From the NCBI GenBank assembly GCA_951406725.2, contig OX597824.1:23808001-23872000 (forward strand): 64,000 bases of DNA, given 5' to 3'. The position numbers were made by a program, and so were the translations under genes. This DNA comes from Octopus vulgaris. Its lineage: Eukaryota. This document shows, piece after piece, positions 59,888 through 64,000 of this stretch. Each line of letters begins with the position of its first letter. Within the stretch, counting starts at the first letter, position 1. Below the pieces are notes generated by a model. The model made no database searches and was not told the DNA's origin. It saw only the letters and a program-made list of their open reading frames with translations.

Positions 59888-60905
59888 CGTGGACTGATCA
59901 ATAAGTATCCGGACTGTGGTCATAATAACAAAACTAAAGCACATAGAGTGAAGCTACTTGGCGCAGATTGGCCTTGAACTGTGCTGTGCATGCCTATTAA
60001 GTTTTAACGTTCTAGCTCACTTCTGCTGGTTACAGTAGTGCTTGGAAGGAAGGTGTGTAGCGTGTAATCGTCGCATTGACCACGAATCTGAATCAAATTT
60101 TGCCAAAAGCTGGGCGATACCTGCTCAGAGGCCAACGCAAAGTTGCAGAAAGTGTATGGAGAGGAGTGTACAAGTCGAAAAAATGTCGATAGTAGTGAAC
60201 GTCTGGGGGACCCGCAACCAGCACAACTGAGAAAAACAGCGCAGATGTGCCCGCAGGTGTGAGGGGAAATCGTCGAATCACCATCGGTGAGTTATCAGAG
60301 GATGTGCAGTCTAGTTACGGTTCAGTTCAATCCATTATCACTGAAGATTTGGGTATCAGACGTATGTCTGCAAAGTTTGTGCCCAAACTGCTTTCAGCTG
60401 ACAATGCATCTCCAGATCTGACAGCCACCATATTCTCCTGATCTCACCGCTTGCGACATTTTCTCTTTCCAAAAATCAAATCCCGCTTGAAAGGAAAAAG
60501 ATTTCAAGACGTCGGAGAAATCAAAGTGAATGCGAAGAGGCAACTGCTGATTGTCCTAGAAAATGAGTTCCAGGAATGCTTCCATCAATGGAAGCAGCGC
60601 TGGATTAAGCGTATGGCTTTCGAAAGGATGAAAGCCAAAATCGATCTCGGCGGAATTTGAACTCAGAACGTAACGGCAGACGAAATACCTATTTCTTTAC
60701 TACCCACAAGGAGCTAAACGCAGAGGGGACAAACAAGGACAGACAAACGGATTAAGTCGATTATATCGACCCCAGTGCGTAACTGGTACTTATTTAGTCG
60801 AACCCGAAAGGATGAAACGCAAAGTTGATTAAATGCCAATTTAGCACGTGTTGTAGATTTGCTTTTATAGCAACATCTTTCCGGATACTTATTGACCAGG
60901 CCTCG
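59888..60905 (+). mobile_element. Internally deleted mariner transposon with both TIRs; SINE B inserted at about 60620-60827
   Basis: 26-bp TIRs (59888-59913 / 60880-60905, 3 mismatches) and TA flanks. Peptides NRRITIGEL...SAKFVPKLLS, QPPYSPDL and FLFPKIKSRLKGKRF...FQECFHQWKQRW. Confidence 0.93.
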
Positions 60906-61159
60906 TATGTATAATGCCAGTTACGAGTATCTAGCATGCGTCTTATGTTTGCATAACGTTTTCAATGTCGAGAAGTAATGATTTTACTATAATACATGTC
61001 TTTAAATACTTGAGTGTCGAGATTGTGACGATACTTAGATTAAAACTGATGAGGGACGGAACATGTCTGCGTCCACTTTGTATTTTTCTTCTTTTTCCGT
61101 GTTTCTTTGTCGTCCTCCTGTGTCGTATATATATATATATATATTTCTTTTCGCGAGAG

Positions 61160-61535
61160 GCACTTGAATTTACGTTCTAAGTTCAAATTCCGACGACGTC
61201 AACTTTGCTATTCATTCTTTCGGTGTCGATGAAATAAGTACCAGTTGAGCATTGGGGCCGATGTTACCAACTAGTTCCTTCCCCCCCAAAACTTCAGGCC
61301 TTGTGCATGAAGCAGAAAGAATTATTACGAATTTGAAGAAGGCAGTGAGCCGACAGAATCATTAGCTTAGTAGCATTTCGTCCATCTTTACGCTCTAAGT
61401 TCAAATTACACTGAGTTCAATTTTGCCTCTCTATCTTTCGGGCTTAATAAATAAAATACCAGTGGAGTACTAGGGTCAACATAACCGACTTATCCCTCCT
61501 CAAAATTGCAGGCCTTGTGACTACAATACAAGGAA
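61160..61535 (+). mobile_element. Two diverged SINE family B copies
   Basis: B-box, Meta-like domain and older tail. Confidence 0.8.
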
Positions 61536-61577
61536 TTAATTTCTTAGATAGAATCTCTTGAAATTCTCTTTAGTATT

Positions 61578-61828
61578 CAGTCATCCCTCGCCATATCACG
61601 GTTCACCTATCGCGTTTTGCCTATCGCGGTTGACTTATCGCAGTTTATTATTTAAGCTTACGTCGATTCCACCGCGGTGTTGTTTTGCATTTATAATAAA
61701 ATAAATATATAAAAATTATAAAAATAATAAGATGAAATATACAGAACAAAACTGTTTCTACTTCGCGGATTTTCTCCGATCGCGGGGTCTTTTGGAACGT
61801 AACATCCGCGATTGTCGACAGATTACTG
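61578..61828. mobile_element. pogo/Tigger-like MITE
   Basis: cagtcatccctcgcca...gtcgacagattactg-TA imperfect TIRs and internal tatcgcg repeats. Confidence 0.7.
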
Positions 61829-61949
61829 TATCGGTTTTAGAGAGTTCTTGATTTTTAAGGGTAAGTCGTTTCCTATTTCCTGCTTGTCCCAATTGCCATG
61901 AAGCGGTTGTACTGTTTCACTCCGGAAGTGAAGAGGATCGTTTATCTTT

Positions 61950-62181
61950 TACATTTTACTTGTTTCAGTCATTAGATTGTGGCCATGCTAGGGCAATGGC
62001 TTGAAGAACTTTTTTAATCGAATGAATCGAACCCAGTATTTTCTTTCTTTTTTTCTTTTTTAGCTTGGTACATATCTTATCGGTGTTTGTTGTCCGAACC
62101 ATTAAGTTACGGAGACGTAAAAAACCCAACACCGAGTGTCAAGCATTACTGGGAAACAAGCACGCACGCACACACACACAC

Positions 62182-62220
<39 letters not shown>

Positions 62221-62260
62221 TGCTATGGTATCCTTTCAGTTTCCACTCACAAGGCTTTGG
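61950..62260 (-). mobile_element. SINE family A, diverged
   Basis: Matches the family consensus. Confidence 0.75.
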
Positions 62261-62426
62261 AAAATTCTTGAAACGATCTCCCCTTTTCACTAGGATTTTG
62301 TCCCAAAAATCACTAATCGATTGTTCACAGATGCCACGTTAATGAGACCTCTATTTTAAGATCCTTATATTTATTCAACGTTTCGAACACTTATACAGAA
62401 GTGTTGCAGTCGACTGGGGTTGATAT

Positions 62427-62472
<46 letters not shown>

Positions 62473-63214
62473 CTAATGCAGGAGACGCGTTGTTTTTTCT
62501 TACTTCCAATCACCACATTCTCATTAATTAGTATATACAGGTCTTTATTATAATTGAGTAGCTTCCCCAAAGTTTTTCTTTGCTTTTTCATTTGTTCTTG
62601 TTTTGTTTTATTTTTTACTTTTATTTATTTATTTATTTATTTGCTTTTTTTTCCTACGTCTGACTCTCTCAGTTCCTATCGTTCTCACTCTCTCACTTCC
62701 TTGCACACAACCTACATACTTCCTGGCACTTCTCCCCCATTTTTTTTATCTCTCCAGCTCGGGAAATACCTATCTATCATGGTCTCTGTTGAATCGATAT
62801 ATTCTACTCTTTTTATAGTTACTATTTTCCTCACAGTTATTTTTTCAAAAATATAATTTTGGTTTCTGCTTTAATTTTTTATTACATTTTCATCCTGTTC
62901 TAAATAATTACCTTTTTTTTTCCGGTGTAAATTAGCTTCCATTTTGTACTTTACTATTTCCGTATATATATAGATATAAGGGGGTTTTTTATAGTCATTT
63001 TTTATTTACGCTTCCTTATTATACTAATTAGTAAAATTTTCTTTGTCTTTTACTCTTCTATCACACCATACTATATATAAAAATAATTAAATGTCTCCCT
63101 TAATAAAGTATATAAATATACATATAAATATAGATTATTCAATGCAGCGTCAAATATGTATGTATTGAGTGGGAATTCCACTTTCGCCTAACGGGTGCTC
63201 AGCCATGTTGATTA

Positions 63215-63707
63215 CCGTAAATCCTAGAGTATAGTCCTCCCTTGAGTATAATATGCAGGGGATTTTTAGGGGGCTGTACCTCTGAAAAACCTAAACCTTC
63301 TCTAACTTGAGTCAAGGGGGTCTATATAACATCCTTATTTTGTAAAACTGTATACGGTAACCTCTTTTATTATTATTGTATATATAACATTATGCAAACA
63401 TGTAGCTTTTTTGTGCATTTTGTTTGCAGAAAATAAAGAAATAACAGTAATAACGTTTAATAAATGTTGCTTACTGCAAGTTATGGATGATTCTTTTATG
63501 ACTTCATTGCTTTCAGGCTTAGCTTAAGGTATTTTCGCGCCCGACGTCACAAAATGCGTCTGAATAAACATTGCCGGACAGCAAATAGAGACTCGGACAT
63601 TGCTTAGAAAATAATTTTCATTTTTAACCTCGTATATAGTACGCACTAGGGATTTTGACTTTTAAATTTTTTGGGGGAAAATGCGGATTATACTCGAGGA
63701 TTTACGG
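63215..63707. mobile_element. pogo/Tigger-like MITE (493 bp)
   Basis: TA-ccgtaaatcctagagtatagtcc ... ggattatactcgaggatttacgg-TA. Confidence 0.85.
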
Positions 63708-63781
63708 TAAGTTATTAGGCGAAACATAGTACTAGTAAATACCCTATAACTGCTTCAATTCATTATTTATATCATAACGAA

Positions 63782-63995
63782 GGCGACGAGCTGGCAGAAT
63801 CGTTAACACGCCGGGCAAAATGCTTTGCGGCATTTCTTGTCTTTACGTTCTGCGTTCAAATTTCACCGAGGTCCACTTTGTCTTTCATCCTTTCGGGGTC
63901 GATGAAATAAGTACCAGTTAAAAACTCTGGTCGATGTAATCGTCTAGTACCCATCACCCAAACTTCAGGCTTTGTTCTTATTGTAGAAAGGATTA
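63782..63995 (+). mobile_element. SINE family B monomer (older tail)
   Basis: Head, B-box, Meta-like domain and ttgtagaaaggatt tail. Confidence 0.88.
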
Positions 63996-64000
63996 TTTAT

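Noticed and set aside
60970-61075. Another permuted hammerhead (CTGATGA at about 61046 followed by a ggacg/cgtcc hairpin)
   Set aside because: The upstream GAAA reads GAGA, and stems I and III cannot be assigned consistently. Worth rescoring only with a covariance model.

Overview
Eukaryotic, AT-rich, repeat-saturated intergenic or intronic DNA, most likely Octopus (inferred from tRNA-derived SINE families I recognise as octopus-type and from the extreme microsatellite load). I found no host protein-coding gene I can support. Nearly all listed ORFs are translations of (AT)n, (AC)n, (ATAC)n, (TATC)n and trinucleotide tracts. The real content is three tRNA-SINE families, Tx1/L1, CR1/L2 and Penelope (RT plus GIY-YIG) LINE relics, Tc1 and mariner relics, piggyBac, pogo and Helentron-type non-autonomous elements, and many Penelope pseudo-LTR fragments carrying minimal type I hammerhead ribozyme motifs. 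The most interesting signal is a recurring hammerhead-like motif with a non-canonical strand order: stem III-NUH-stem I strand, then a linker and GAAA-stem III, then stem I-CUGANGA-hairpin. It matches none of types I, II or III, and its pairings are kept in at least two unrelated sequence families (4178-4254 and 20659-20738, with partial or degenerate copies at 35728 and 12612). Secondary findings are a Tx1 LINE that sits in (TATC)n tracts and a SINE subfamily carrying that LINE's tail that inserts into SINE heads to build about 184-bp tandem arrays. All structures were read by eye and boundaries are approximate.
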